64,000 nt of DNA from Octopus vulgaris (Eukaryota), in the NCBI GenBank assembly GCA_951406725.2, contig OX597814.1:145638001-145702000 (forward strand), given 5' to 3'. Below are positions 12,691 through 27,897 of the stretch, one piece after another. The number at the start of each line of letters is the position of its first letter. The stretch's first letter is position 1. A model generated the notes under the pieces. That model was given only the letters and a program-made list of their open reading frames with translations, did no database searches and was not told the DNA's origin. The position numbers were made by a program, and so were the translations under genes.

Positions 12691-13570
12691 AAAATTAATC
12701 AAAGGACATACTATGTATGTTTACCTGCTGGGCCTAACAGCCAAAACTCATACTTAAATCGCCAAAATGCACTGATGGTAACTACAGAAATCAACCGAAA
12801 GCAGATCGTAACGTACATTTAAGCATCTGGAGTCAATTGGACCAATTCCTGCATTGTCAAGAATAGCCTGAACTTATTCAGCTCGCGTTACCGTGATGGA
12901 GACTCGCAATCTGTCGTTTTGAAATCTTCGCCGCAACTGATTCGTTTTGCACCGACATCTTTGCAGCCACCAGTGTGGAAATAATCTTGAAACAAGGGCA
13001 AACAATTCACAGGAAATATAATCCTCGAAAAGTTAATTTGCTAAAATTTTCTCATCCCTCCATATTCTTCTATCCCTCTGCCTCTACCTCTCTCCTGTCT
13101 CTCCATGTGACCGGTGTTCGGCCAAGCCTGACCTTTCTTTCTTGGTTCGACTAACATCCGCGCAACATCTATATTCCTCCCCATGCCTCTCATCTCTTAT
13201 GTCCCTGCCGTAAGGCTTCACTTCCACACATGCCAGCTTAATTTAATTCGTCCTTGGTCGAAAAGCCTCTGTTGTCAATGTTCGGTTATTTGCATTTACA
13301 TTTGTGTAACATTTCTCCGTTTTTTTTTTGTCCTTGTTTTCGTATACGTTCCTTGGTTTCTTCCAAGAAATCCAGTACTCTTAGCTTAATTTTTCCTTGG
13401 GGCTGTCCAGAGTGGACCAAGCTCGAGTACAACCAGCAGAAATGGCGAATATAATCTGGAACTCTATTGAGGAAAGAAAACTTCAAATGACCCGTCCTTG
13501 ATTTTTCTTTCCGTTTTTTGTATCATCTAGCTGTCTGGACGTTTTGCTTTCTTGTCCCATTTTTTGTATT

Positions 13571-13605
<35 letters not shown>

Positions 13606-13848
13606 GTATATATTTATACACATACGTATATATATGTATATATATATACATACATTGTATAAAAATATTTATATACATATTATATATATATATATGTCAA
13701 TACACAATATATTTTCCATATAAATTAACGTACATTTAAATACAAAATGCGCCGCCTTACATGCTAGAAGGAGCAGTCAAAACGTCCAAACCACAGTTAA
13801 GAGCAATCTCGAAGGTAATGAAAAATAAAAATAAACCATGTTTTACAG

Positions 13849-13916
13849 CCAGACTTAGGTTTCGAATTTTATTTAGTAAAATAAAATAAGTTGCTAGACG
13901 AAGTTCTAATTAGTGG
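13849..13916 (-). ncRNA. Decayed hammerhead ribozyme relic
   Basis: Minus strand: cca-CTAATTA-gaactt...aaattc-GAAA-cctaag-TC-tgg. Stems I-III and the GUC triplet are retained; the core has two substitutions from CTGATGA. Confidence 0.45.
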
Positions 13917-14781
13917 GTACGCCAAAATTATATGTTAATATAATTTTAGAGTGTTAATATCCACTCCTTTCTCGAATATCCACTTTTTAGATATTCTCCT
14001 GGAACGATATGCCTACCGTAGATGTTTCAGTAACTCTTTGTATTATAGCCAGCTGTTCTTTCTACTTCGTTGTAGCCGATGTCTCATGACTCATGAAAGA
14101 CTAAGCAAAATATACAAATAAATAAATAAATAAATAAATACCTTTAGTATCCTTTCCGTTTGTAAATTTAACCGACCTTTTACCGTTTAAATGTATTACA
14201 TTTAATGACGAAGAGAATTGGTTTGTACAAATCCTGCAGCGTAACTCTGCCGTAGTCCAACCCTATTTGGCTATGTATTAACTCTTCAAATAACTAATTT
14301 TTTTTTGCATGAATTCTCTCATTACACCTATTTGTAAAAGAGTCACTTCATCTCTTCTCAATAAAGGAAGACTGAGTAGATATAATTAATTATTCAATTG
14401 TCGTTCTAGGATCACCAAAGCTTACTTAGCCCTTCGTACATGCACACCTCAACTGACTGGTTCACGAACCCATGTGTTCCCCTAAGGCTAGATATATTTT
14501 CGCGTGTACGCTATGATGCGAAGTAAAATTTTCATCTGAGAGGAACTTCCTAATGGTCTCGTTTACCTATACACACAATAGTAATTTAATATTCCAGCTA
14601 GATGCCAAGAAAATGTCAAATATGCAAATTGGACTATCCACTTTTCTTCAGCTATTAAAAGTAAATGACTCATAAACATTGTGTTCGTGTGTATTTAAGG
14701 ACGTTGTACAGCTACAACACGAAACTCGATGCAGAATTGAAATGTGCAGCATTTATAGATGTTCCGTATTTTGTAACATTG

Positions 14782-14862
14782 ACACCCAATGTAACGTACG
14801 GCAGTATGTTACATTGGGTGTAAAAAATGTAATATACAGCAATATGTTACATTGGATGTAAA
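14782..14862. repeat. 18-bp-stem hairpin with a partial tandem second copy
   Basis: ACACCCAATGTAACGTAC-GGCA-GTATGTTACATTGGGTGT, then AATGTAATATACAGCAATATGTTACATT. Confidence 0.8.
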
Positions 14863-16648
14863 AGTGTTGACTAAAAATCTAAAGATAAGTTGTGTAGTAC
14901 ATTATAGCAGCAAGACGATATATTAACGCACACACATACACACACACACAAATATATATAATAATACAATCATGTACAATAATACCTTATAATCGTAGTC
15001 GGATTCAATGTTGGAATGTTCCTCATAATTATACACACAAAATCTGTTGAACATTATCTCAAATATCTCTCATGTCGTTTTACTTTTAACACATTTAGAT
15101 TCCAGTAAAACAGTAATGTATAAAGTACAGCGTTCGATATAATATTTCAGATACTTCAAACTAGTACACCAGCATGGTCGCAGTACAGAAACGGAAGCCC
15201 GTAAATCAATGAAATAGTAGGCAGAGTGCTTTCCTAAAATTTTCTTAATAAATCTGTATAAAATCACAATGTTTGTATGGTAAGGCAACGTGACTCAGCA
15301 TATATTTCTACATAACAATACTTATATTTTTTATCATCTGAAACATCTTAATCTGATTCTATATGTTGTCCAGTGAGATGTCGTTAAAGTACTACGTCTA
15401 ATTTTCTCGAGTAAACGACGAACATACTGAATATAAAATGCAACGAATAAACCGTAATATTTTATCATGTCGTTATTATTCCTACCACAAACCATCAATG
15501 GCAGTAAAGGAATTGCTTGTAAGTAGATGTAATGAGAAGGAAGGACGTAATATATTTCTGCATCAAATACTTCGTTTATAGTAGAAATTTACACCTTATG
15601 AATTGGCTCGTAAATACAAGGCTTATTATTGGTAGATGACAGCTTTACTTTGCTAATCAGCAACATATTTAACTTGGCACAGTTTTTATACTAAACAAGC
15701 CTGTTGTTAAATATAGTCGATGTCGCACCAACATATGTCTTTCATATATTAATATAATTAACGTCATTCTGAAATCATATACAGTAGTTTGTATGTGTTC
15801 AGGGATTTCGAGGGATATATTTTATTTATTATAAGCATATCTTTATATTGCATCTGCGTTCTTAAATTACATAAAACTGACAATAAATACTATAATTTCA
15901 GCTGTTCGTTTTCTTTTCTAAATGTTATTCATCTCCCTAGGCTTGGTAATATTAGATTCTTAGTGAGCTTTTATCAATTATATAACAACAATTTGATTGA
16001 ATTTGTGCAAATTATACACAATTTCTTCGTAAGTGTATGCTTTGGGGAAGATGTGTGGATCCACCGAGCAGAATTTGTGACTTTATTACTTTTTTCTGTT
16101 CATGCCATTCTAATTCTTTTACGCCACAAATGCCTTTGGGATTCTTGAAATGCTCCATACCATTTCAATAAATTTGAAATACCTAATAAAAGATAAAAAA
16201 AAACAATATATATAATATAAACAAGCTATGTACGTCAGACTTTAGCAACGGACTTCCTTACAAAATTTCCCGATTGTCAGTCTTAATATTTTGATCTGTT
16301 TAACTTTAGACTAACACAAAACTAAACTAAACAATGTAACATCTACATAGCTCACAATACTGTTTAAATTTCTTAACACATCTCGTGAAGAGCAAAAGGA
16401 GAAAAATAAGCGACAATGAAATTTTTATGACAAAGTTTTAAGGTGATATCTGTGTCTAATTTTTAATGTTTACAACGAATTACTTTTTCAAGTCAAGTCA
16501 ATAAATAATCTTGAATATCAGAAGTGTCACTAATACAAACATATGTGGGAAATATAATGGGTATTTAATGTTTTCTTTTATCATTTCGCTGCTATTTTAT
16601 AATTACCGAATACTTAAAGCTGGTTCAAAAAGAAAGTCTTTCAATTTC

Positions 16649-16722
<74 letters not shown>

Positions 16723-17054
16723 TTACAAATATTTTTGTCTGTGGAGACATATTTTTGTAGAAAAAGGAAATAGTAGTCCTTTGACTGCTAAATCTAAAAT
16801 ATTCGGTATGTGGTCTAGGAACTTGTTGAAAAACCCTTAATGTTTTTACCGAATATGATCCTTTTCCATACCGAAATACTACCAGGTGAAATTTGTTGAT
16901 TTTATTAGATCAATTATCTTTCATCCTATATCTGCAATGAGTATATATACATATATATATACTTTGTCATAAAAATTCCATTGTCGCTTTTTCTCCTTTT
17001 GCTCTTCTCAAGATGTGTTAAGAAATTTAAACAGTATTGTGAGCCACACACACA

Positions 17055-17122
<68 letters not shown>

Positions 17123-17194
17123 TATATTCCTGTATCCTGTTATTCTTTTATATGTTTCAGACTTAAGGTTGTGGTCATGTTGATGCACCGCCGG

Positions 17195-17430
17195 TGTAAT
17201 CACCTTTTAATTGCTCAACCCTATACGATTGGATTTGGTGAAGGAGGGAGCTCGACTCTGCTGCCCTCTTTTGAATTTACTGCTTTGGTATTGATTCATC
17301 TGGGATCTTGGATAGTAAGATGCCAAGTTGTTTCTTGAAAACAACTATCCCCACTAGCAGTGCGTCCTTGGATCGCAAACTATTGCAATACATGGTTCTC
17401 ATCTCAGACGGGGCAACTTGGGACCATTGG
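17195..17430 (-). mobile_element. 3' relic of a second CR1-like LINE family
   Basis: Minus-strand translation MRTMYCNSL...VFKKQLGILLSKIPDE...KRAAESSSLLHQ is homologous to 19500-19748. Confidence 0.6.
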
Positions 17431-17603
17431 ACCCATTGTTTCTGCTCTTAAAAGGATTTTATCCTTTATATATACTGTTCAGTATTTATGTGTTGAAAAA
17501 ATATATCTTTCTACTTCTTCGACAATTCCTTTCAACGCTTCAAAAACAAACTTATATTTGTTTACATATGACGTTATATTTATATATATAAAGTGATATA
17601 ATA

Positions 17604-17678
<75 letters not shown>

Positions 17679-17684
17679 TGTGTA

Positions 17685-17731
<47 letters not shown>

Positions 17732-18130
17732 CTGTGTGTGTGTGTACTGCTTTACTTTTAAGCTTCCACATTTACATGCATCAAGAGAGCCATTGAGCGC
17801 ACACGATTTTCGTTGACTTTTTCACAATGGGGATATCTATTAGTCGGATTAGAGCCTGTAACACAGTACGCTTCATGAAGAGAACGCTGGTCTCAGGTAG
17901 ATTTCCAGATTTCGTATTTCTGGAGAGGAATCTTTGCTGTTTACAGAAGGGGTTAGAAAAAGACTAAGGTAAAGAGAAATAGTACTTGCTTAGTCTGGTA
18001 CAGAGCCTGGTAATTCAGTGATGAAAGACATTTACTTGTATCTGTAGCCACAGGAAAAGCGTACATTTTTGCAAAATAGAGAGTTCACTTATTACAGCAT
18101 GAATGGTTGTTAATTAGTAAGACTATACGT

Positions 18131-18352
18131 GTTGGCAGAAACGTTAGCACGCCGGGCGAAAGGCGTAGCCGTATTTCGTCTGTCGTTACATTCTGAGTTC
18201 AAATTCCGCCGAGGTCGACTTTGCCTTTCATCCTTTCGGGGTCGATAAATTAAGTACCAGTTTCGCACTGGGGTCGATGTAATCAACTTAATCCCTTTGT
18301 CTGTCTTTGTTAGTCCCCTCTATGTTTAGCCCCTTGTGGGTAGTAAAGAAAT
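18131..18352 (+). mobile_element. SINE family C (TGGCAGAAACGTTAGCACGCCGGGCGAAA head)
   Basis: Box-B-like GAGTTCAAATTCC and body GAGGTCGACTTTGCCTTTCATCCTTTCGGGGTCGATAAA; related copies at 27450-27897, 37560-37742 and ~44010-44140. Confidence 0.75.
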
Positions 18353-19340
18353 ATATACGTGTTGGAATACCGACGAAATGTTTACTCGTTTCAGTTGCTT
18401 CATACCCAGTTAAGCCCACACACCTCATATTTGTGCCGCACTCACGCACTAAAGGATCTCAGCATTTGTTCAGATTTGAAGTACTGAATGGCCCACACAA
18501 TGCGGGCTTTGCTTTGTGTAATGTTTGTGTCACCGTTTTATATCAAATATTGTAAATCTTATCAACTCATAATAGTTTTAGTCTTGTATTTCCGTGTTTC
18601 ACATTGGCGCAATTTTCTTTAGTTCGTCTTTTATTTATCTAGAGAACGAATTTTGATAATGCTGAATGGGATTAAGTTGTCATTGCACACTTAGGGAATG
18701 TTATCAAGCCTTCTGTTTAATAACAGTTATGCGTGACTTGTCAGTAGTTTCGATATTGAATCTTGATGACGCCTCCCTGAGAATGGTATTTTTATAAGCA
18801 AAGTTTCGTATTATTTGCACAGGATGTGTGTTTAAATGCAATAGCCAGATGGCCAATGAATAACATAGTATGTCAGAATCATTAACTGTCTAATAATACT
18901 TGTGATCCATAACAATTTCACCAAAATCAGCTAAGGATTTTACCTCGATTAAAATGTGCAATTACTTGGCAAAATATACGCATGCATGTAGCTTTCTTAA
19001 TTATTCGACTTCTTCCTTAAAAGAAGGAGCTCGTTTCTAACAAAGAAAGAAAGCGCCTCGCTGAAATTTGAATAACAAGAAGGATAAGTGTTACATGTTG
19101 AATTTTCTACAATGTCACATATATTTTATGTTCTGGTTATATTTTTAATTTGTAGCATACCTCTTAAATGGTCACTTTGTTTGCCTGAAAAGCTTAGCTT
19201 TCGTGATTGTCTCATAAAAAATTGCTAATGACAGCCAAGTGGCTGAGTGGTAAGTAGTTTGCTTCCAAAGCGTATAGTTCCAGGTTCAATCCTCCTGCTT
19301 AGCACGTTGACCAAATGTCTATTACTAAAGAAGCACACCG

Positions 19341-19371
<31 letters not shown>

Positions 19372-19424
19372 GCATACACACACACACATATATATATTAC
19401 ATACATACATACATACGTATATAT

Positions 19425-19748
19425 ATTTATTTATTTATTTATCAGTTGCATCTCAAAGCTGTGCACATACCGGTGCACCACCATTTTGTTACACTATTAT
19501 TGAGAGGGAATTTGATGTCACTACCCTCATTTGCGTCTCCTGTCGCGAGGTAGGTTCACCTGGGATTCTCGACAGAAAGAGAACGAGTTTCATTTGAAAA
19601 CACCTATATCCACTTTGTGTAGCTCCCTCAGGCTCGTTGGGAGAATATTAAACAGTTGTGGGCCCCTGAAACACAGACTGTTGCAGTAACTGGTCCTGAT
19701 AAACGACGGCACGAGTGGAATCTTTGGCACTGTGCAGTGGTGACCCAG
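19425..19748 (-). mobile_element. 3' end of CR1-like LINE (second family)
   Basis: GHHCTVPKIP...RTSYCNSLCFRGPQLFNILP...VFKMKL..FLSRIPGEP...SNSL, then a short 3' UTR and (TAAA)n tail. Confidence 0.7.
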
Positions 19749-19756
19749 CATTCTTA

Positions 19757-20356
<600 letters not shown>

Positions 20357-20712
20357 TGCGTGTGTGTGAGTGTGTGTGTGTGTGTGTACTTAGAAACATT
20401 CTTTATCAATGTTAACCGTTTAGCACAAGCATTGAACTACGAGATTCTGTTTTATGATTACAATAGCAACGAGCTTTTATTTATGACACTGCAATCTAGT
20501 TGGTAATTGACATTTAGTATATCAGCAAATTGGAGTGAGATATTAATTGACCGAAATTATATTCAAATACGTCATTCAATGAAGCAATGGTTATCAATGC
20601 ATTAATGCATTCATATACTTTGATAAGAGCATATTATTAAATATATTTGCGATCATTATAAAATATAACTTTCAATTTATTCTACGGGAATCTAAGTAAA
20701 ATTTGTGATTAC

Positions 20713-20880
20713 TTATATCTATTTCCCCTGGGATGGAAGATGTTGCATATTGCTTCATTAAAATTGATATTTTGAGTAAATGTTTCGATTCCATGCAGAA
20801 CAGAACATTTTCTCATTATTCTCTCCAGCCCATCGTCCACCGAATGAAGAGGGAGCAGATAGGGATCTATTATATTTTCA
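20713..20880 (-). CDS. Candidate internal coding exon of an unidentified host gene
   Basis: Poly-T tract + AAG acceptor, 168 nt open (ENIIDPYLLPLHSVDDGLERIMRKCSVLHGIETFTQNINFNEAICNIFHPRGNRY), GTAAT donor, symmetric phase 2-2. No family recognised. Confidence 0.3.
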
Positions 20881-21337
20881 CTTGATGTAAAAAAAAAAAA
20901 AATAGCAGATATATCTGCTGCACACCACAACGTTGTTTATTATGAGAAAATATAGAATGGTATACATACACAGAAAGCCAAGAAAGACAGGGGTGGGATA
21001 CTTTTAACTATAGGACTGCTAGACAAGAGCTGATGTGTGTTTACACAGCTACTAAAAATTCAGATCTTATGAAAACAAAAAGGGAATTAGTTGTAAACAG
21101 AATAAGGTGGCATAAAACCAAAGTCTTTTAAATATTGTTAGTATAATGGGCTGTAGCGTGAGAAATATTCAAGTCCAAACATAGACCCATGCAAAAAACA
21201 AAAAGAAAAAACTACATTTGTGTTGTAACATTTATAAGTGATTCATATATGTCAATGTTTGGTTTTCTTCCGATTATGTCAATTATTATAAGGGATGCAC
21301 ACACTGCTAATAACTATACTGGAATGCATATTCGTAT

Positions 21338-21419
<82 letters not shown>

Positions 21420-23789
21420 GCGCGCACACACACGCACGCACAAACACACACATCGATATACTACACTCACAAATATTATTGCGAAACAAGATATATTTTA
21501 TTAAACATATATTTTGCATATTTTGACCTACTCCTTATGGCAGATATCGAGCTGATAGTAATTCCGATATAAGAAGTTGATTTTTTTCTCAGTGTAAATT
21601 ATTACTACGTTGTGATGATATCCAGCGATCGCGTAAATATAAAGGTGGCTTAATTACAGTACAGCAATGCCCCGAATGTTTTTACGTTTATGTTTCACAC
21701 GAGATAAAAATATTGCAATATTTTTACGATAGAATTATTGCAGAAATTTGCAAGGAATGACTATTATTATGAATAGAAATCACCTAGCACTTTTCCTCTG
21801 GAGCTTATTCGCTTGATTTGAGTTTCTTGCTAAAAATGAGGAAATTGTTAACCATATACTCTGCTTTTATTAAAATTACTTCCTAATGACATTTTATAAA
21901 TGTCAAAATAAAAGGGGAATATATGGATAAAACCAGAGTGGCGTAACTTGCCCTGTAATTTATAGAACATGTGTTCCTGAAAGAAAACATGCTGTCATCG
22001 CCCTACATTTGACTTGCATAACCTTTTCTATTGATCTCCTATTCTCATCATGATGTTAAAATGTTCTGTAGGTATATGAGTCCACACGTATCGTCACAAA
22101 ATGCACACATGCAAGCATTAACACAAAGACGGAGATACATCCCATATGTATGTTTTGTTGTCATGTATGTGAGTGTGAAGGAATGTGAACTCATGTGTAG
22201 TATCAAACAGGTAAGCTATCTGTCCTGTAATTTCCTACTCCATACCACACGTTTCTGGGATGTCTTGCTTTGCTTATTTTTAAAGTAATTTCGTATGAAG
22301 AGCTTCAACAGAGAGAAACGTTATCATTACATACTGTACATATTTATGCACACATACACAGGCTAGTGCACTCACATATTAGCTTAAAAGGTTACATCAA
22401 CACATTCTGTTCCGGAATAGCTGTCCATACATGTTTAATATGTTGGATATGTCACCAATTCACTTATACACCTAGAAGCATTAGTAGCCAAAGAGGTTCT
22501 CAACTGGCTGAACTTTGACGTGCTGCGCAAGATAATAATGATCGAAATGATAACTTTTAACATAATGCATAAATACACCTTATTGATATAATCATTATCA
22601 CATTCACTACGTGCGATATCATACATTATTGCTGGCGATGTCTTAAGAAGCCAGTTCTGGAATAAGTGATAATCAACCTCGTTGGCTTTTGAACTCTACT
22701 TAATAATTAACACGTAGCACTCTATGATTGACAGATTCATTGGCTCAACTGCACACGCACACACACACACATACACTTACATACACACACATACACACAC
22801 GTACACACATACATACTTATGTGAATGTCTGTGTGTATGTGTGTGTGTTTTACTTGAGCGAATGTATACAACATATTCTGTAGTGATACGATAAGCAGAA
22901 ATCGCTATATCTATGTGCAAAAGAGTTTTGACGATTATATTGACCCTGGTTCTTGATTGCAAGTATATGATTGATCTCGGAAGAAGAAAGAACAAATTTG
23001 AATTCAGCGAGGTTTGAAATCAGAACATAAACACACACGTACTTCACTCCGTATTTCACTCCGATCACTATGTTACCGATTCTTTCATCCACCATCCTGA
23101 CTATGAGATTTAGCTACCATGAAAATATAACACATGAATATATAGTGATATTTCCTTATCCTCTTCCATCAGTGCGTAACCGATTCTGTAGGTCTACGTT
23201 CAAAAGCATGCCGGCTTTTACCAGGCTACCTATAGAGGAATATATTACAGTATAGTACCAAATATGTTCTCGTTTGTAAAGCCGTCGTGGGGCGATTTGA
23301 GGCCATTTAAATGCTAATTCTAGCAGATTAAAAAACAACACAGAGGTCAGTGGTGGTTTTTGATAGTTTGTCTACAAGTTGGCAAAAACCGCAACATGTT
23401 TGACTAAATACATAACTATTACTTTCCCCTTTCACTTCATTCTGAGGGGATCTGTCATTTGAGCCGATTCAAACTGTTATCATGAAATGCAATCAAACCG
23501 AAACGACAATCTGTCTTACTTTCCTACAAAACCGACATTATTTTAAATAAAAAGAAAACGAAATATCATTAATAATAAAATAGAAAACCGAAAACCATCG
23601 ATGAAAAAGAGAAAACAAATGACTTCCGTAGTCTTCTATGGCTCATATCTTAATAGTACTGTTATTTTAATGACAGATATAAACGTTTTCTTTAAGGATT
23701 ACCATTAAACTCTATTGTAAACACGTACACTTTTCTACAGGAAGTTCAATAAACGCCAACGTTTACACGGAGAGCGAACAACAATAAGT

Positions 23790-23930
23790 TTCTTCATCTT
23801 AGACTATCCCGCTCTTCGTGGACCATAGCTTCAAAGAAGATCTCCAGCCAGCAATGTCGTAAGCTCCTTGAGCCTGCTCCCAAGTTAATCCCACATATGT
23901 CAGATCATTCTTCCTATTCCTCAGATAAAC
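23790..23930 (-). mobile_element. RTE-like LINE extreme 3' relic
   Basis: RNDLTYVGLTWEQAQGAYDIAGWRSSLKLWST resembles the RTE terminal W..A...A.DR..WR motif. Confidence 0.4.
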
Positions 23931-24639
23931 CTTGACAGGCTTACCTCAGTTAATACACCACCTTACACAATATTATACACCCTGATATTTCGTAAATCAA
24001 CAGAACTGTTAGGAGTGTTAGAGTATCAAACGCCACACCATTCAGTCGCATATTTTTATATTCCGAGTGAGGATAATGTATTAATTTTGCTATTGAACCT
24101 TCCGGGTGTGATAAAATAATTATCAGTCATCTAATGGAATGGAATTAATAACTTGTAAGCTTTCCTAAAATGTCTGACTTTATGTTAATCTTAGAAACAA
24201 ATTATCTATAATAATACACAAATATGCCTTTTGCTGAAGAAACCATACAAACCATATAACAATAAACAATCAAAATTTCTCTCTTAATATCTCTGTTGTA
24301 TTTCTTTAGAATAGATAAAAATATGATGAGGCTCGATTATAATTATTTTCATTAAGAAATTATAGTGGGAAACAATAACATAAAAACAGACAAAAACGTA
24401 CAATATATTCGTTAAAGTTAAAATTTTTCTAAGATACGATAAAGTTATTGCTGACGCAGGCATTGTGTAAAAATTAAAAGCTTCACTCCTAGAATCCCTG
24501 AAGTAATTGCAAATATTCTTCGTAATTTAATAAAACCACAGATAATTGATTTTTTATATAGTTTCTGGTTTTTATTTTATACAAAATTCTCTAATATAGT
24601 TGTGTTATGATAGAGAAATATTCCACAAAGTGTTGTTGT

Positions 24640-26740
24640 TGTCGATTAGTTCAGGCGAATAGCTGCGCAACTCAACACCTTGTTAAATGCAGACCAAGTA
24701 ACACCAGAGTGGTTGACATTGGGTAGGACAGTGCTGTGCTTGAAAAACATCGATAAAGGCAATACCGTAGAAAATCCCATGCCGATATCATGTTTGCCAC
24801 ATGAGCAGTAGGGTTGAAGGCGTAAGTACAGAGATACGAAGGATCAACTCCTGATAGACAAAACTGTACTTAGAGACTCTAAGAAGAGGAAAATTAACTT
24901 AGCCATCTCATGAATCCACTATCGTATAGCGTACGATGTGATCCCACATTTTTGGATTATGGAATGTATGAACCTATTTGGAATTGCATCGAATATTGAG
25001 CGATTGCTTGAAAAAAGAATGGCGAATTGGAGGACGGACCTGACAGCATACAGAAGAAGTTTAGGGACAGTAGAAATTTAGAGGGGCATCTACCAAGGGG
25101 ACTTCCTGTCCCCACTAATCTTTTCTTTTGTACTGTGCATGTTACTACTAATACTGATCCTAAGGAAAGCAAAAGCTGGGTATATATTCAAGAGCCATCA
25201 ACAAGAATCAACCATTTGTTATTCATTTATGACCTCAAACTTTGTGGTAAAGATGAAGCCCATGTCAGTTCCCTCGTTGATACGGTGTATACTACCAGTG
25301 CTGATATCAGAATGGAGTTCGGACTGAGAAAGTGTGGTGTGTAAGTCTTGAAGAGAGGCAAAATCAAATATGTGGACGGGCTAACGATATCGTCGGAGGA
25401 GGTTATGAAGTAGATAGAAGTGACGAGCTATAAGTACTTGGGGATTTTGGAAATGGATAAATTGATAAAGAAACGAATGACAGAAAAATTTAACGTGGAG
25501 TACTTGCGCAGACTCAGACTGATACTTAAGTCGAAATTAAACGGACGGAATAAGGTCGATGCTATCAACACCTAGGCGGTTGCACTCCTTAGATATGGAG
25601 CAGGGGTAATCGCACGGACAGTAGTCGAACTAAACATCATAAACATCATAGACAAAAAGAATAGGAAGCTGCTAACTAGATATGGGTCACTCCACCGAAA
25701 ATGTGACACAGACAGACTGTATGTATCCAGATAAAAAGGGGAAAGTGGAATTAGTGGATGTGAACACAGCATTAAAGCAGAAGAAATCAACATAGCATGG
25801 TTTGTAAAAAATGCCACAATACCGATATTATTAAAAGTAATAAGTTCACACTGGTGTAGGATGAAAGATTGCAAAGATAAAGCACTATACAAGAAATTTA
25901 AAACGAATGAATCTGAAAATATGTGGGTGAAGAAAAGAATGTTGAAGATAAGACAGAGAGAGAAAAAGGATGGCTGTGGATGACTGACTAAAAGTGATTT
26001 AAAACCAGAAACGAATGCTCTCATCTGTGCTGCGCAAGAGCAAGCGCTAAAAACAAACTACATAAAATACAGAATAGACAACACAGCAAAAAGTGATAAG
26101 TCCAGAATCTGTGGACAAAACGGTGAAATCGTATCGCATATTACAAGCGAATGTACGCCACTAGCCCAGAAAGAATATTAGAGACACCACGACAATATAG
26201 CCAGGCTTGTCTATTGGACACTTTGCAACATGTATGGACTTGACGGAGCAAAACATTGGAACAGCCACAAATCTGAAGGCATCGACGAAAACAGAAATGC
26301 AACGATCCTATGGAATTTTATGATTCAGTGCGACCATGAGATAAATAGGAAGCCATACTAAGTCTTAATTGGGAAAAAACAAACTATGCTGGATCATAGA
26401 TATAGCAAGCCCACCTGATAACAAGGTCTGTGATAAGGAAGAAAGAAAAGGCGAGAGATATGACAGGTTAGCTTGGGAAGTTAAGCAGTTGTGGCCGATG
26501 AAAAAGGTAGCAGTATTACCAGTAATTGTCGGAGCCCTGGGAACAGTGATAAAATATCTCGAGAAGTACATGAAACAAATAGGGGCTGCAATAATGGTGG
26601 AGCACTTGCAGAAAGCAGCACTGCTTGGAACCGCCCGAAAACTCCGGGAGGTGCTCGAATTAAGAGGTGTCACCTTAGTTCTTTGGAATTTAACAGCTGA
26701 CACAGTAGCTCATCTCCTGCGTTAGAAGCTGTGCAAAGGC
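24640..26740 (+). mobile_element. Decayed R4/Dong-clade non-LTR retrotransposon (RT, CCHC knuckle, RLE), ending in (AAT)n
   Basis: Across frameshifts and stops: KDQLLID, GIYQG..LSPL, INHLLFIYDLKL, FGLRKC, YKYLGI, CAAQEQAL.TNY, RICG...HI.SEC..LAQKEY..HD, CWIIDIASP...YDRLAWEV...PVIVGALG. Confidence 0.85.
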
Positions 26741-27012
<272 letters not shown>

Positions 27013-27449
27013 TGCTGATACTCTGGAGGATAAGGAAGAAGAGTAAGAGGATTCTTATTTGTCACAGGAGCGTCAACTGAGGAACAATTACAAGGAGTAG
27101 TTATCATTTGTGGGTTTATATAATATCGCCGAGTAAAAGGAAGTAGATTGAAAGAGAGTTGATGCAAATATACATAGTATATACACAATATATCAAAATC
27201 TGAGCGATATAGTACTTTTGTTACAGGACGTCCCCCACCAGGTTCAATCAAGGAACCCGACATAATCAAAATAATCCAGACCACGAGGGACAATAGCCAT
27301 CCTCCAGCTAGAGGTCTATAATCTACACATTTATGCTGAGATTAGTTCCATTGACTCTAATAATATCCAACACAATCACCCATCTTTTGAGAAATTCACC
27401 AACAAAATTTTAATATAACAATATCAATAAAAAGAACCATAATAATAAT

Positions 27450-27897
27450 GGTTCGAAATTTTTCCACAATGGGGAGGGGATTAATCGATTGCATCATCCT
27501 CAGTGAACAACTGGTACTTATTTTATAATCTCCGAAAGGATGAAATGCAAAGTCAACCTCGGCTGAATTTGAGCTCTGAATGTAGCGACGGGTGAAATAC
27601 CGCGAAGAGTTTCGTCTACCATGCTAACGATTCTGTCAGCTCGCTGCCTTAAAGCCAGCTTGTCGCTTTAACAACGATAATAATCTTTTCTAATCTAGGC
27701 ACAAGGCCCGAAATTTTGGGGGAGGGGCCAGCCGATTAGATAGACACCAGTACGCAACTGGTACTTGATTTATCGACCCTGAAAGGATGAAAAGCAAATT
27801 CGAGCTCGGCGAAATTTGAACTCAAAACGTAAAGACAGACGAAATACCGCTAAGCATTTCGTCAGGCGTGATAACGTTTCTGCCTGCTCACCGCCGT
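27450..27897 (-). mobile_element. Two tandem SINE family C copies
   Basis: 27450-27650 and 27680-27897 both match the reverse complement of 18131-18290. Confidence 0.75.

Noticed and set aside
13080-13575. Possible Penelope end relic next to (TA)n
   Set aside because: Only vague similarity; no intact core or coding motif.
23156-23341. Protein-like 61-aa minus-strand ORF with a possible acceptor
   Set aside because: No clear donor before the stop and no recognisable family.
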